This document shows positions 1 through 10,707 of a DNA stretch of 64,000 nt, one piece after another. The notes under the pieces are model-generated. The model saw only the letters and a program-made list of their open reading frames with translations. It had not been told where the DNA came from and did no database searches. The stretch is from Gammaproteobacteria bacterium (GTDB lineage: Bacteria > Pseudomonadota > Gammaproteobacteria > GCA-001735895): NCBI GenBank assembly GCA_050298595.1, contig JBNKUM010000009.1:53882-117881 (forward strand), read 5' to 3'. The position numbers and the translations under genes were made by a program. How positions within the stretch are numbered: position 1 is the first letter of the stretch; each line of letters begins with the position of its first letter.

Positions 1-145
1 GGATGCAATTAAATCCAGATATAGCATGCACGAAGAGTATGAAATGTTTGACAATGTGATGAAGGGTGATGATGTGCGTGAAGCGGTGCGGAAATATTAT
101 GAAACCCATAAAGATGATCTCTCTGGAGACATCGAGTTCTTTTAA
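1..145 (+). CDS. 3' end of upstream chemotaxis-operon protein (possibly chemoreceptor-like), partial
   Basis: Frame from base 2 reads DAIKSRYSMHEEYEMF...DLSGDIEFF then TAA (143-145), which overlaps the cheR ATG; acidic-aromatic C-terminal pentapeptide. Confidence 0.6.
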   Translation, partial: DAIKSRYSMHEEYEMFDNVMKGDDVREAVRKYYETHKDDLSGDIEFF

Positions 146-987
146 TGTCTGTCAATGTGGAACAGGAAAAAGAGTTTAGTTTTTCGAGTAAGGATTTTGA
201 TTACCTGCGTAAACTGGTGACCGATACCACGGGTATTCTAGCTGGCGATGATAAGTACACAATGTACTATTCGAGGCTAGCGCGAAGGCTCAGAAAACTG
301 GGCCTGAAAGATTTTACTGCCTACCGCAAATATCTGAATGATCATCTGGATACGGAGCTTATTGAGCTGGTGAATGCCGTCACCACCAATCTGACTGCTT
401 TTTTTCGTGAAAACCACCATTTCGAATTCTTAAAGGATACGGTTGTCGCTAAACTAAAATCAAGAGGGGCTAGAAAGGTTCGTATCTGGTCTGCAGGCTG
501 TTCAACAGGTGAAGAACCTTATTCCATAGCGATTAGTCTGGCAGAAGCGATACCTGATTATAAAAGCTGGGATATCAGAATCTTTGCCACTGATCTGGAT
601 TCAAATGTGCTGCAAAAAGCATCTTCGGGTGTATACGATATAAGCCGGGTAGGAGGTATAGCAAAACCCCTGTTAAAAAAATATTTTCGCAAAGGGACTG
701 GTAGTAATTCAGGACTGGTCAGACTAAAGCCAGATATAATCAATCTAATTACTTTTGATCAGCTTAACCTGCTACATAGCTGGCCGATTAATTACATAAT
801 GGATTGTATATTCTGTAGAAATGTAGTCATTTATTTTGACAAGTCTACTAAAGTCAAGCTGGTGGAACGTTATGCAGAACAAATGGTTCCTGAAGGCTAT
901 TTATTTATGGGACATTCCGAATCATTGTATAAATCAACTGAAAGATTTCACTTAATTGGGCACACGATATACCAGAAAACGAGCTGA
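145..987 (+). CDS. cheR: Chemotaxis protein-glutamate methyltransferase CheR
   Basis: TTNLTAFFRE, RIWSAGCSTGEEPYSIA, IFCRNVVIYFD, GHSE motifs. Confidence 0.97.
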   Translation: MSVNVEQEKEFSFSSKDFDYLRKLVTDTTGILAGDDKYTMYYSRLARRLRKLGLKDFTAYRKYLNDHLDTELIELVNAVTTNLTAFFRENHHFEFLKDTVVAKLKSRGARKVRIWSAGCSTGEEPYSIAISLAEAIPDYKSWDIRIFATDLDSNVLQKASSGVYDISRVGGIAKPLLKKYFRKGTGSNSGLVRLKPDIINLITFDQLNLLHSWPINYIMDCIFCRNVVIYFDKSTKVKLVERYAEQMVPEGYLFMGHSESLYKSTERFHLIGHTIYQKTS

Positions 988-1024
988 TCAGGGAATAATC
1001 TGTGCTAGAGGCAGCTAATAGCAA

Positions 1025-1660
1025 ATGCAAAAACACGATTTTCCAAAACCCCTTCCAGGCTTTAGCCAGATCAATAGATTTTGGGATTATAAAAATCAGT
1101 CTATCTCCGCAAAAATCCTGCCGGGAGAATACTATGTCACCATTCATGATGAAATCATTGCGACGGTTTTAGGTTCCTGTGTGTCTGCCTGTGTGACTGA
1201 TATAAAGCATGGCATAGGTGGCATGAATCATTTTTTATTGCCCCTGCATAAGGGAGAAGAATGGTCAGAGAAATTGACTCCTGATAACCTGGCTACACGT
1301 TACGGGAATTTCGCTATGGAACATATGATAAACGATGTTTTGAAATATGGGGGGCGAAAACAAAATCTGGAATTTAAAATTTTTGGTGGATCAAGGATCA
1401 TCGGCAATATGGGTGATGTAGGAATTAATAATATTAAATTTGTACTAAACTATATTGAGGTCGAAGGATATACATTGGTCGCACAGAATGTTGGTGGAAT
1501 TAATCCCCGTAAGGTGTTGTATTACCCCAGGTCTGGCCGGGTTCGGGTAAAAAAGATCAGGGATCTGCATAATGACACCATTTTCCGACGTGAGTCTGAA
1601 TACATGCATCATCTGGACGAGCCCGAAGCTGTGACCGGCGAGATTGAATTATTTGATTAA
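1025..1660 (+). CDS. cheD: Chemoreceptor glutamine deamidase CheD
   Basis: TVLGSCVSAC and GGMNHFLLP motifs; lies between cheR and cheB. Confidence 0.96.
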   Translation: MQKHDFPKPLPGFSQINRFWDYKNQSISAKILPGEYYVTIHDEIIATVLGSCVSACVTDIKHGIGGMNHFLLPLHKGEEWSEKLTPDNLATRYGNFAMEHMINDVLKYGGRKQNLEFKIFGGSRIIGNMGDVGINNIKFVLNYIEVEGYTLVAQNVGGINPRKVLYYPRSGRVRVKKIRDLHNDTIFRRESEYMHHLDEPEAVTGEIELFD

Positions 1661-1678
1661 CATCACCCAGGAGTTTGC

Positions 1679-2725
1679 ATGATTAAGGTACTGGTTATCG
1701 ATGACTCAGCATTGATCAGGCAACTATTAACTGAAATCCTTAACAGTGACCCCGAAATTGAAGTGGTGGGCAGTGCGCAAGATCCTTATATGGCGCGCGA
1801 AAAAATAAAAAAGCTAAATCCAGATGTACTGACGCTAGATGTAGAAATGCCGAAGATGGATGGGGTGACCTTTCTTAGAAACCTGATGCGCTTACGCCCG
1901 ATGCCCGTGGTGATGGTTTCAACACTCACTGAATCTGGTGCCGATGTTACCCTGCAGGCGCTCGAACTGGGAGCGGTAGATTTTGTATCCAAACCCAGGG
2001 TAAATGTGCAGGAAGAGATGCAAAACTATGCAAAAGAAATTATTTCAAAAGTAAAAGCCGCATCGCATGCCAGGGTCAGGGGGGCGAGTTTACCTGCACT
2101 TAATAAAAAGTCCGCTGGCGAAATTGCTGCAATAAAGCACTTCAAAACCACCGATATGATAATTGCGATAGGTGCTTCAACGGGCGGTACCGAAGCACTT
2201 AAAGATGTACTGAGCCAATTGCCTACGAATACACCGGGTACAGTGATTACGCAGCACATCCCGGTCGCCTTCAGTAAACCCTTTTCAGAACGTTTGAATG
2301 CTAACAGTGCAATGACCGTAACCCAGGCTACCGATGGTCAGCAAATATTACCAGGCCATGCCTATGTGGCACCTGGAGACAGGCATTTACAGGTAGTCAG
2401 AGACGGCGCTCGTTTTATCTGTAGGTTGCTTGATACCGAGCCCGTTAATCGGCATAAACCCTCTGTTGAGGTAATGTTTAACTCTGTCGCCAGAAATGTA
2501 GGCTCTAATTCGCTGTGTGTACTACTCACAGGTATGGGGGATGATGGTTCTGATGCAATGGGTGAAATGAAAAAGGCCGGAGCCCCAACGATTGCTCAGG
2601 ATGAGGCTTCCAGTGTGGTATGGGGGATGCCGGGCGAGGCGGTTAAGCGAGGGCATGCTGATGAAGAGGTAGCCTTGCAGAATATCGCGCAGAGAATTGT
2701 TTACTATGCCTCCAGGCATGGTTAG
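1679..2725 (+). CDS. cheB: Chemotaxis response regulator methylesterase CheB
   Basis: Receiver domain (DVEMPKMDG) plus [18 protein letters not shown] esterase motifs. Confidence 0.97.
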   Translation: MIKVLVIDDSALIRQLLTEILNSDPEIEVVGSAQDPYMAREKIKKLNPDVLTLDVEMPKMDGVTFLRNLMRLRPMPVVMVSTLTESGADVTLQALELGAVDFVSKPRVNVQEEMQNYAKEIISKVKAASHARVRGASLPALNKKSAGEIAAIKHFKTTDMIIAIGASTGGTEALKDVLSQLPTNTPGTVITQHIPVAFSKPFSERLNANSAMTVTQATDGQQILPGHAYVAPGDRHLQVVRDGARFICRLLDTEPVNRHKPSVEVMFNSVARNVGSNSLCVLLTGMGDDGSDAMGEMKKAGAPTIAQDEASSVVWGMPGEAVKRGHADEEVALQNIAQRIVYYASRHG

Positions 2726-2795
2726 CTGTAGAAATCTACCTCACACTACCCCTATAATTCTGCACACTAGTTATTTAAGCAATTCAAAAGAACTG

Positions 2796-3488
2796 ATGTT
2801 TGATTCGATAAAAGTGATCGCCTTCGATCTGGATGACACACTGTGGCCCTGCATGCCGACGATTGAGCGAGCAGAAGCGGCCACCTATCAATGGTTACAG
2901 CAAAGTTACCCGCGCGTGAGTGATGCTTTAGATGAACGAGGGTTGCTGGAATTTCGTAAGGCGGTTATGCGCAGTGATGATGTTTATCGTATAGATCTAT
3001 CGTTAATGCGGCGTGAGATGCTAGCTCAGCTGGCCAGTGAATTTGATTATGAAGTTGAGCCTATGGTTGAGCAGGGCTTTGAGCTATTTTATCGTCTAAG
3101 ACATGATGTCAGTTTTTATGAGGATGTGTTTCCAGTGCTCGACCAGCTCAAACCACTCTATAAACTGGGATCGATTAGTAACGGTAACGCGAGTGCCGGT
3201 CTTACCCCTTTAAATGACTATTTTGATTATTATCTGAATGCTTCGGATGTGATGGCGCGTAAACCCGATATCCGTATCTTCAGGCATTTCTGTGATCAAC
3301 TGGGAATTGCTCCTGAACAGTGCCTGTATGTCGGCGATGACCCTGTTTACGACGTGGTGGGTGCGCGTGAGTCAGGTATGCAGACCGTTTGGGTCAACAG
3401 GGATACACTCAGCTGGCCTGAAGAGTTAGAACCTGCACAGGCTGAGATAAGCGATCTATATCAGTTACTCGATCTGGTTGATATTTGA
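2796..3488 (+). CDS. HAD-superfamily hydrolase (YigB-like)
   Basis: FDLDDTLW, SNGNA, KPD, YVGDD motifs; start taken at ATG 2796. Confidence 0.88.
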   Translation: MFDSIKVIAFDLDDTLWPCMPTIERAEAATYQWLQQSYPRVSDALDERGLLEFRKAVMRSDDVYRIDLSLMRREMLAQLASEFDYEVEPMVEQGFELFYRLRHDVSFYEDVFPVLDQLKPLYKLGSISNGNASAGLTPLNDYFDYYLNASDVMARKPDIRIFRHFCDQLGIAPEQCLYVGDDPVYDVVGARESGMQTVWVNRDTLSWPEELEPAQAEISDLYQLLDLVDI

Positions 3489-4130
3489 TCAGTTCCCCAT
3501 CTCAAGAAATTTTTTCACCACTTTATCTGCCAGTATGGGTTGAGCTATCGCTGTTGGGTGGATGCCATCTGCCTGCATGTATTCCGGTTTGCTAGCTGCG
3601 ACACCTTCCAGAAATCGTGGTAGATAGCTGATTTTTTGCTCATCAGCAAGTTGTTGATAGATTTGCTGAAATCGCTGGTTATAGACGGGACCGAGGTTGG
3701 GAGGGAGCCTGACACCTATCATCAGTACCTTAATATTCTGCCCTAAGGCGAGTTTAATCATCTCGCGTAGATAGTTCTGTGTACGCCCGAATGGAAACCC
3801 TCTTAACCCATCGTTTCCACCAAGCTCAATAATCAGGTGACTGGGTTGATGTTGTTTTAATAAAGCAGGCAGTCGTTCCTGCCCGCCCTGAGTCGTTTCC
3901 CCGCTGATACTTACATTGATGACGGTAATATTTGACCCTTGCTGGTGCAACTTCTGCTCAAATAAAACCGGCCAGCTTTGTTCAATTGCAATATTATGAG
4001 CAGCACTTAAACTGTCGCCCAGAATCAGGATCTTCGCGTTAGATGATTGCCCCGCAGCCAGGCTTGAAGTCGACATCAGGCAACACCATATAGTGACCAC
4101 TATGGAAAAAAAACTAGAAGAATGCATCAT
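3489..4130 (-). CDS. tesA: Arylesterase / acyl-CoA thioesterase I (SGNH hydrolase)
   Basis: GDSLSA, SISGETT, ELGGNDGLRG, DGIHP motifs; signal peptide; divergent from and overlapping ybbA; start approximate. Confidence 0.9.
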   Translation of the reverse strand: MMHSSSFFSIVVTIWCCLMSTSSLAAGQSSNAKILILGDSLSAAHNIAIEQSWPVLFEQKLHQQGSNITVINVSISGETTQGGQERLPALLKQHQPSHLIIELGGNDGLRGFPFGRTQNYLREMIKLALGQNIKVLMIGVRLPPNLGPVYNQRFQQIYQQLADEQKISYLPRFLEGVAASKPEYMQADGIHPTAIAQPILADKVVKKFLEMGN

Positions 4131-4782
4131 TGTCTCGAATCTTGGTAAAAAGGTAAAAGCACCCGAAGGTGACCTGACCATATTGCAGGACATTAACCTG
4201 AATGTGAAGTCTGGAGAAGCTATAGTCATTACCGGTGAGAGTGGTTCAGGCAAAACCACCTTACTGGGCCTGATGGCTGGACTAGATAGCCCTGATCAGG
4301 GTGAGGTCACACTATTGGGTGAAGCCCTGTCCACTAAAAACGAGGAGCAACGTGCTCGTATACGCAACGGGCGTGTTGGCTTTGTGTTCCAGTCTTTTCA
4401 TCTGGTCACAGGTGCAACTGCACTGCAGAATGTTATGTTACCACTGGAACTGTCGGGTCATATGAAAGCCCGGCAGCATGCTAAAGAAGTGCTCTGCGAG
4501 GTAGGACTGGAACATCGAATGAATACAGCAGTCGAACGTTTATCAGGTGGTGAGCAACAGCGAGTTGCCATCGCCAGGGCCTATGCGGTACAGCCGGATA
4601 TCCTGTTTGCAGATGAACCTACAGGAAATCTGGATACACACACCGGTGCGCAGATTATCGATTTATTATTTAAATTACGTGACCAGCAGGGTAGCAGTCT
4701 GATACTGGTAACACATGAGCATCGGCTAGCTGAACGTGGAGATAGAGAAGTAAAAATGGCTAAGGGCAGTATTCTTGCCTAG
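4093..4782 (+). CDS. ybbA: ABC transporter ATP-binding protein (YbbA-like)
   Basis: GESGSGKT, LSGGEQQR, ADEPTGNLD; tesA-ybbA-ybbP synteny. Confidence 0.88.
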   Translation: MTTMEKKLEECIIVSNLGKKVKAPEGDLTILQDINLNVKSGEAIVITGESGSGKTTLLGLMAGLDSPDQGEVTLLGEALSTKNEEQRARIRNGRVGFVFQSFHLVTGATALQNVMLPLELSGHMKARQHAKEVLCEVGLEHRMNTAVERLSGGEQQRVAIARAYAVQPDILFADEPTGNLDTHTGAQIIDLLFKLRDQQGSSLILVTHEHRLAERGDREVKMAKGSILA

Positions 4783-7234
4783 ACCGATGAGAAATTTATT
4801 TCCTCAAATACATTCGTGGTGGTTGCTGTGGCTGGCCGCAGTGATCACTATGACTATAGTCGCAGCCAGTCAATTATTTACCGACCGTATCGGACAATTA
4901 CTGGATCAGCAAGCCAGTGAGTTACTAGCGGCTGATATGCTGGTTACTTCAAGCGAAAAACTCCCCGAATCCTTCACTGCATTGGCAGAACAATATGAAC
5001 TATTAACCGCGCAAACAGTAGAACTACGTAGTGCAATATTCATTGGCGATAACCCTCAACTGGTAGAGGTAAAGGCTGTCTCCAGCGGATACCCTCTGCG
5101 TGGCTCGCTGGAGCTGAAACGCGATTTATTAACTGAACCCAGAATAACTCGATCCGCGCCAGAGCGCGGTGAAATCTGGATAGATAACAAACTCAAAAGT
5201 GAATTGAATAAATCGATAACTCTGGGTCAAAGCAAATTAACTGCCAACTGGCTGGTGAGTTATGAACCGGATAGAGGTGGTAGCCTGTTTAATCTGGCAC
5301 CACGCATAATGATGAACCTGCTGGATCTTGAAGATACAGGCCTGCTAACCGAGGGGAGTCGAGCAAAATATAAGTTGCTGGTTGCCGGTGAACCGAAGTC
5401 TTTACAGGCTTTTAAGAAAGAAGTTGAAACCAGGCTGGAAGATGGTCAAAAGCTTCAATCACTGGATAATGCAAGGCCTGAAATGCGTAATGCATTGCAG
5501 CGCACCAAAAAGTTTTTTTCTATGTCGATCACCATGACACTGGTGATTGCCATGGTAGCCATTGCGATTACCGCACGCTATGCCGCGTCACAGGAGTCAA
5601 CCAAGGTATCAGTGATGCGCACCTTTGGGATTTCGAGCCGACGACTGATTTATTACTACGCCTGGCAGATAGGAAAAATCTGGATAATAGCCACACCGGT
5701 TGGGCTGTTTATCGGCCTGATGGCTCAATATCCACTGCAGTGGGCACTGGGTTTCTGGTTTTCCAGTAGTCTGCCTGATCCCACCTGGCAGCCTTTTGCG
5801 CTGTCGGGATTAGTGGGGTTGGTTAGCCTGCTTGGATTTAGTTTACCGCCTTTATTAAATGTGGTGGATACACCTCCCATGCAGGTATTGCGTCAGCTCA
5901 CGCTTAGAACCCGTAGCGCCAGGTCTCTGCTATTTTCATCCATAAGTCTGTTGACACTCTATCTGGTGCTGCTGCTCATAGTGCCCGATTTTAAGATGGC
6001 TACTCTGCTGTATTTACTGATTATCGCTATCGGCTTATTTATACCTGCTGTGTTACGTTTATTGCTATATCTCTATGCAAAAACCGTGCAGCAGCATTTC
6101 TGGCTGAAGAGTTATGCGCTGACTCGCTTGCTTAGCTATAATCGCAATGCATTATTTGTCATGTCAGGATTCAGTCTCACTCTATTATCGGTATTACTGA
6201 TTTCATTAGTTAAAGACCAGTTGATTCAGGAGTGGGAAACACAATTACCGGAAGACAAGCCAAATTATTTTCTGATTAATATCCCTACTACTGACGTGGA
6301 TGGGTTAACGCAGTTTTTACAGGAAAATGGAATATCTGCCTCAGGTGCTTATGCACTGGTTCGAGCGCGCCTGAAATCCATCAATGAAAAGGAAGTAAAG
6401 GAAATAAAGTTTGATAGCGAAAGGGGGGAGCACCTGTCTAACCATGTGTTCAATATCAGCTATAGTGAGAGTTTACCCGCCGATAATGAGGTTGTAGAAG
6501 GTGACTGGTTAGGGCAAAAACCTGATGGTAAAGAGTTTTCGGTGGAACAGGGCATGGCTGAGAGTCTGGGGTTAAAGCCTGGTGATACATTGACATTCTC
6601 TGTCGCCGGAGAAGAATTTGAAGGGCAGATTAGCAATATCCGCTCGGTAGTGTGGGAAAATTTCAGGCCCAATTTTTTTATCATCGGCACTCATAAAGTA
6701 CTGGCAGATAAACCGCAAACCTGGTTGATGAGTGCTCTGATAAAATCTGAGCAGAAACCTTATTTGAAGACGCTGGTGCAAAAATTTCCCAGTGTCACGC
6801 TGCTGGATATTAGCGAGGTTATGCAACGTATTAAAGGCATTATTGATCGAGCCAGTCTGGCATTACAGTTCTTTTTTATGTTTGCTATCCTCGCTGCTGT
6901 GATTGTATTACTTTCTGCGTTAAATACAGCCAATTCAGACCGCCAGATGGAAATCGCTCTATTGCAGTCTTTAGGTGCAACTAAGCGCGACAAACTATTT
7001 TCTCAGGTGTTCGAATTTGTATTGATGGGTATAGCTGTTGGTTTTTTTGCCGCGCTTTTTGCCACATTGACAGGTTATCTCGTAGGTGCCTATTTCTTTG
7101 ATTTGAGTTTTGTTTTCAAACCAGAGATATGGCTGTATAGCATTTCTGTAGCAGTAGCTTCGATTACACTATTGGGCACGCTGTTTATTTATCGTTCATT
7201 CAATGTCAGTCCTATGAGTCTGTTAAGAAGTTAA
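4775..7234 (+). CDS. ybbP: ABC transporter permease (YbbP/FtsX-like)
   Basis: YPLRG and PNYFLINI motifs, two FtsX-like TM blocks; follows ybbA. Confidence 0.85.
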   Translation: MPRPMRNLFPQIHSWWLLWLAAVITMTIVAASQLFTDRIGQLLDQQASELLAADMLVTSSEKLPESFTALAEQYELLTAQTVELRSAIFIGDNPQLVEVKAVSSGYPLRGSLELKRDLLTEPRITRSAPERGEIWIDNKLKSELNKSITLGQSKLTANWLVSYEPDRGGSLFNLAPRIMMNLLDLEDTGLLTEGSRAKYKLLVAGEPKSLQAFKKEVETRLEDGQKLQSLDNARPEMRNALQRTKKFFSMSITMTLVIAMVAIAITARYAASQESTKVSVMRTFGISSRRLIYYYAWQIGKIWIIATPVGLFIGLMAQYPLQWALGFWFSSSLPDPTWQPFALSGLVGLVSLLGFSLPPLLNVVDTPPMQVLRQLTLRTRSARSLLFSSISLLTLYLVLLLIVPDFKMATLLYLLIIAIGLFIPAVLRLLLYLYAKTVQQHFWLKSYALTRLLSYNRNALFVMSGFSLTLLSVLLISLVKDQLIQEWETQLPEDKPNYFLINIPTTDVDGLTQFLQENGISASGAYALVRARLKSINEKEVKEIKFDSERGEHLSNHVFNISYSESLPADNEVVEGDWLGQKPDGKEFSVEQGMAESLGLKPGDTLTFSVAGEEFEGQISNIRSVVWENFRPNFFIIGTHKVLADKPQTWLMSALIKSEQKPYLKTLVQKFPSVTLLDISEVMQRIKGIIDRASLALQFFFMFAILAAVIVLLSALNTANSDRQMEIALLQSLGATKRDKLFSQVFEFVLMGIAVGFFAALFATLTGYLVGAYFFDLSFVFKPEIWLYSISVAVASITLLGTLFIYRSFNVSPMSLLRS

Positions 7235-7245
7235 TATATAAAAAT

Positions 7246-9378
7246 ATGTCAGAAAAAGATTTTGAATTCTATCGTCAGATCATTTCCAGAAAAATGCAGT
7301 GGGATGATGATCTGCAACAGGCATTAGAACTCGCCTATCATGCCGAATCAGTTGATAAATGCAGGCCTCGCGCACTGAATGCCATAGAGCGTCTGATGGA
7401 GTTTGAGGTTGATAAGGATACGGTAGTGGCGACGCTGGTAACGGACAGGGGGTTACACAATAGTATTACTGAGCAGGATATTAAAACTCGCTTTGGTGAA
7501 AAGGTTGCTTCGCTGGCACACGGAATTCTGGTCATTAATGATATGAAAGAGTGTAGCGAGCTCAGCTTCAATACCCCGGAACAGGCTGAAAAATTGCGCC
7601 GCCTTTTGATGGCAATAGTCAAAGATGTGCGCGTTATGCTGGTCAAGTTATGCTATCGCGTTAGTCGTATGCATCTGTTGAAGCATTGTAGCTATGAGCA
7701 ACGTCAGTGTATTGCCCGTGAAACACTGGATATTTATGCACCGCTGGCCAATCGCCTCGGCATAGGTAAGATAAAATGGGAAATGGAAGACCTTGCTTTC
7801 AGGGCTCTGGAGCCTTTAACCTTCAAGCGCATAGCTACCTTACTGGAAGAACGTCGCGCTGACCGCGAACAGTTTATCCAGCAATTTACTGCAAATCTAA
7901 AACAACAGATTTCTAGTCACGGCATAAAGGGTGAAGTCACTGGCCGAGTGAAACATATAGTCAGTATCTGGCGCAAGATGCAACGCAAACAACTGGAGTT
8001 TCATCAATTATTTGATGTGCGTGCTGTTAGAGTATTGGTTGATAGTATTGCTGATTGTTATGCCGTACTCGGTATTGTGCATACAGGCTGGCATACCGTC
8101 CCGGATGAATTTGATGACTATATCGCAAACCCGAAGGATAATGGTTATCAATCGTTGCATACTGCAGTAATCACCGATGATGGCAAGGTGGTTGAGGTAC
8201 AGATTCGTACCCATGAAATGCATTCCAAATCCGAGTTTGGCGTGGCTGCACACTGGCGATATAAGGAAGGTGTTGGTCTGGATGAACGGATGGAAAAAAG
8301 TATCGCGATGATGCGCGAACTACTGGAAGGGTCGGATGAAACTGCTACTGATCTGTTGTCAGGGCTGTCTACCGAGTTGTCTACCGACCGTGTGTATGTG
8401 TTTACTCCCAAGGGAAATGTGATCGATCTGCCCTATGGTGCGACACCGCTGGATTTTGCTTATTCGGTACATTCCTCGATTGGGCACAGGTGCCGCGGAG
8501 CCAAAGTTAATGGTCGTATAGTGAATTTAACCTATACCCTGCAAACCGGAGAGCAGGTTGAAATTCTGACCGCAAAAGAAGGCAGCCCCAGTCGTGACTG
8601 GATGAATAAAAACAGTGGTTTTCTGAAATCATCAGGTAATCGTGCCAAGGTAAGAAACTGGTTTAACCATCTGGATTTTGAACAGAATGTGATGGATGGG
8701 CATGCGCTGTATGAACGAGAGCTGAGCAAGTATAACTTTCAAAATGCAGACCTGAGCGACATCATTGCTCATTTTAAGCGCAAGGAAAAAGAGCAGTTCT
8801 TTGCGGATATAGGCCGGGGGATTATAACGCCGGCGCAGATTATCGGTTATCTGCAGCACATGGAAAGCAGCAAGGATGAAGACCCATTTAAAAATGTTAA
8901 GAAAGCAGAAAGCTCTAAAAAGCATCAGAAGGATGATATTGTCATTCAGGGCGTTGGAAACCTGCTGACACAATTTGCCAAGTGTTGTAAACCGTTGCCG
9001 GGTGATGATGTGATCGGATTTATTACCATTGGGTCTGGAGTTACTATTCATAAGCGTGAATGCAATAATATGCTTTCACTGCCTGATGATAAAAAGGCAC
9101 GCTTAATTGAAGTAGAGTGGGGCGCGGGAAATGGATCTTCTTTTCCTGCTGAAATTTCAGTCATGGCCTATGATCGAACTGGGCTACTACGCGATATCAG
9201 TAGTGTGCTTGCCAACGAAAAAATTAATCTTATTGATATTCGTTCGACTACAGACCGAGCAGAACAGACGGTGCATTCCAAACTAAATATCGAAGTTGCC
9301 AGTGTTGACCAGTTGATCCTGGTGATTGATAAGTTATCTCAGATCCCAAATGTTCATACCGTCAAGCGTATTAGCTAA
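7246..9378 (+). CDS. relA: (p)ppGpp synthetase RelA
   Basis: YAPLANRLG, NGYQSLHT, EVQIRT, AAHWRYKE, TGS (DFAY), CCKPLPGD and ACT domains; degenerate HD domain. Confidence 0.93.
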   Translation: MSEKDFEFYRQIISRKMQWDDDLQQALELAYHAESVDKCRPRALNAIERLMEFEVDKDTVVATLVTDRGLHNSITEQDIKTRFGEKVASLAHGILVINDMKECSELSFNTPEQAEKLRRLLMAIVKDVRVMLVKLCYRVSRMHLLKHCSYEQRQCIARETLDIYAPLANRLGIGKIKWEMEDLAFRALEPLTFKRIATLLEERRADREQFIQQFTANLKQQISSHGIKGEVTGRVKHIVSIWRKMQRKQLEFHQLFDVRAVRVLVDSIADCYAVLGIVHTGWHTVPDEFDDYIANPKDNGYQSLHTAVITDDGKVVEVQIRTHEMHSKSEFGVAAHWRYKEGVGLDERMEKSIAMMRELLEGSDETATDLLSGLSTELSTDRVYVFTPKGNVIDLPYGATPLDFAYSVHSSIGHRCRGAKVNGRIVNLTYTLQTGEQVEILTAKEGSPSRDWMNKNSGFLKSSGNRAKVRNWFNHLDFEQNVMDGHALYERELSKYNFQNADLSDIIAHFKRKEKEQFFADIGRGIITPAQIIGYLQHMESSKDEDPFKNVKKAESSKKHQKDDIVIQGVGNLLTQFAKCCKPLPGDDVIGFITIGSGVTIHKRECNNMLSLPDDKKARLIEVEWGAGNGSSFPAEISVMAYDRTGLLRDISSVLANEKINLIDIRSTTDRAEQTVHSKLNIEVASVDQLILVIDKLSQIPNVHTVKRIS

Positions 9379-9379
9379 T

Positions 9380-10696
9380 TCAGTAATGATCCACATCTGT
9401 TAGAGGTAGCTTAACCTTAACTTTCAATCCTCCTAATTCTGATTTCGAGAATGAAATATCACCTTTATAACTGTCCAGGATTGCGCTACATATACTCAGC
9501 CCAAGGCCGTGACCAGCCTGAGTTTCATCCAGTCTGACACCACGTTTTTGTATGCTTTCGATTTTCTGAGATTGAATTCCCTGACCATCGTCGTCAAAAA
9601 TAATAATAAGTTGTTGTTCCAGCATGGACATAGTCAAACCAACCTGATGATTTGAGAATTTACAGGCATTATCCAGCAGGTTTCCAACCAGTTCTAGCAT
9701 ATCATCACGATCAAAGTCGATGTTGCCTATTTCTTCTGGATGCTTGAAATTGATTTTTACATTGGGATAGATTTTATTCATGATTTCAATCATGAAGGGA
9801 ATCTCTTCAGCAATATTGAACACGCCGCTACTGTGTTTTGATCCCGAGATTTTCGCGCGTTTTAATTCGCGCTCAACGATATGTTGTATCTCATCCAGTG
9901 GTTCAATCATCTCTGGTATTCTTTTCTGCTCCTGCTGTAATGATAATAACTGAATAGGGCGTTTTAATTCATGTGCAAGATTACCTATAGCGTGACGAGT
10001 ACGCTCGATACGATTACGCAACTGATCAACTAGCATCTCAATTTCATTCACAAGTGGCATGATTTCCAAAGGTACCTGTAGACCGGTTTTATCCTGCTCG
10101 AGATGTCTAATCGATGAAATGTTTCTTCTTAATAGTTCAAAAATATGGAAGGCTTTATTTAAGGTCTGTTGCTGTAACAAAACCAGGGTCAGAGAAAGTA
10201 ATACCACTAGAGCAATGGCATACAAACTATAACGGAATAATTGTTCCTGTAGTGGTTGAATATCTTCAGCTATCCAGATCTCCATAGCCTGTTTTTGTTT
10301 AACGACTACCTGATACCATATAAGCCAGGTTTCATTACCCGGTCCATCTACTTTTGAATAGCTACCTTTATCTTTCTGCTGTTCAATGAGTGGAAATTTT
10401 GTATCAAAAAGAGAACGTGACGTTAGTATCTGACGGTTGATTCTGACTTTGTAATAATGCCCTGACCTTACCCGGTTATATACTCGGGACAAATGTGCAG
10501 GGTTTATTTCCCATGTATTATGGTTGTTTCTCTGGATCACGCTAACCAGGCTCTCAGCGTCATGCTGTAATCGAGTTAACACATAGTCCTGTAATATACG
10601 TTCCACAGAAAAGCGCATGATCACCAGCAAACCACACATCACTAGCAGCATATTTATGATGAGATTACGAGTTACTTTTTTTTTTAATGAATACAT
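9380..10696 (-). CDS. Sensor histidine kinase (BqsS/CarS/PhoQ-like)
   Basis: Two TM segments; AHELKRP H-box, GNLLDNACK N-box, DDDGQG, GHGLGL. Confidence 0.92.
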   Translation of the reverse strand: MYSLKKKVTRNLIINMLLVMCGLLVIMRFSVERILQDYVLTRLQHDAESLVSVIQRNNHNTWEINPAHLSRVYNRVRSGHYYKVRINRQILTSRSLFDTKFPLIEQQKDKGSYSKVDGPGNETWLIWYQVVVKQKQAMEIWIAEDIQPLQEQLFRYSLYAIALVVLLSLTLVLLQQQTLNKAFHIFELLRRNISSIRHLEQDKTGLQVPLEIMPLVNEIEMLVDQLRNRIERTRHAIGNLAHELKRPIQLLSLQQEQKRIPEMIEPLDEIQHIVERELKRAKISGSKHSSGVFNIAEEIPFMIEIMNKIYPNVKINFKHPEEIGNIDFDRDDMLELVGNLLDNACKFSNHQVGLTMSMLEQQLIIIFDDDGQGIQSQKIESIQKRGVRLDETQAGHGLGLSICSAILDSYKGDISFSKSELGGLKVKVKLPLTDVDHY

Positions 10697-10707
10697 AGAC
10701 TGATTAT

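Noticed and set aside
4093-4130. Head-to-head overlap of tesA and ybbA
   Set aside because: Known conserved arrangement, not novel
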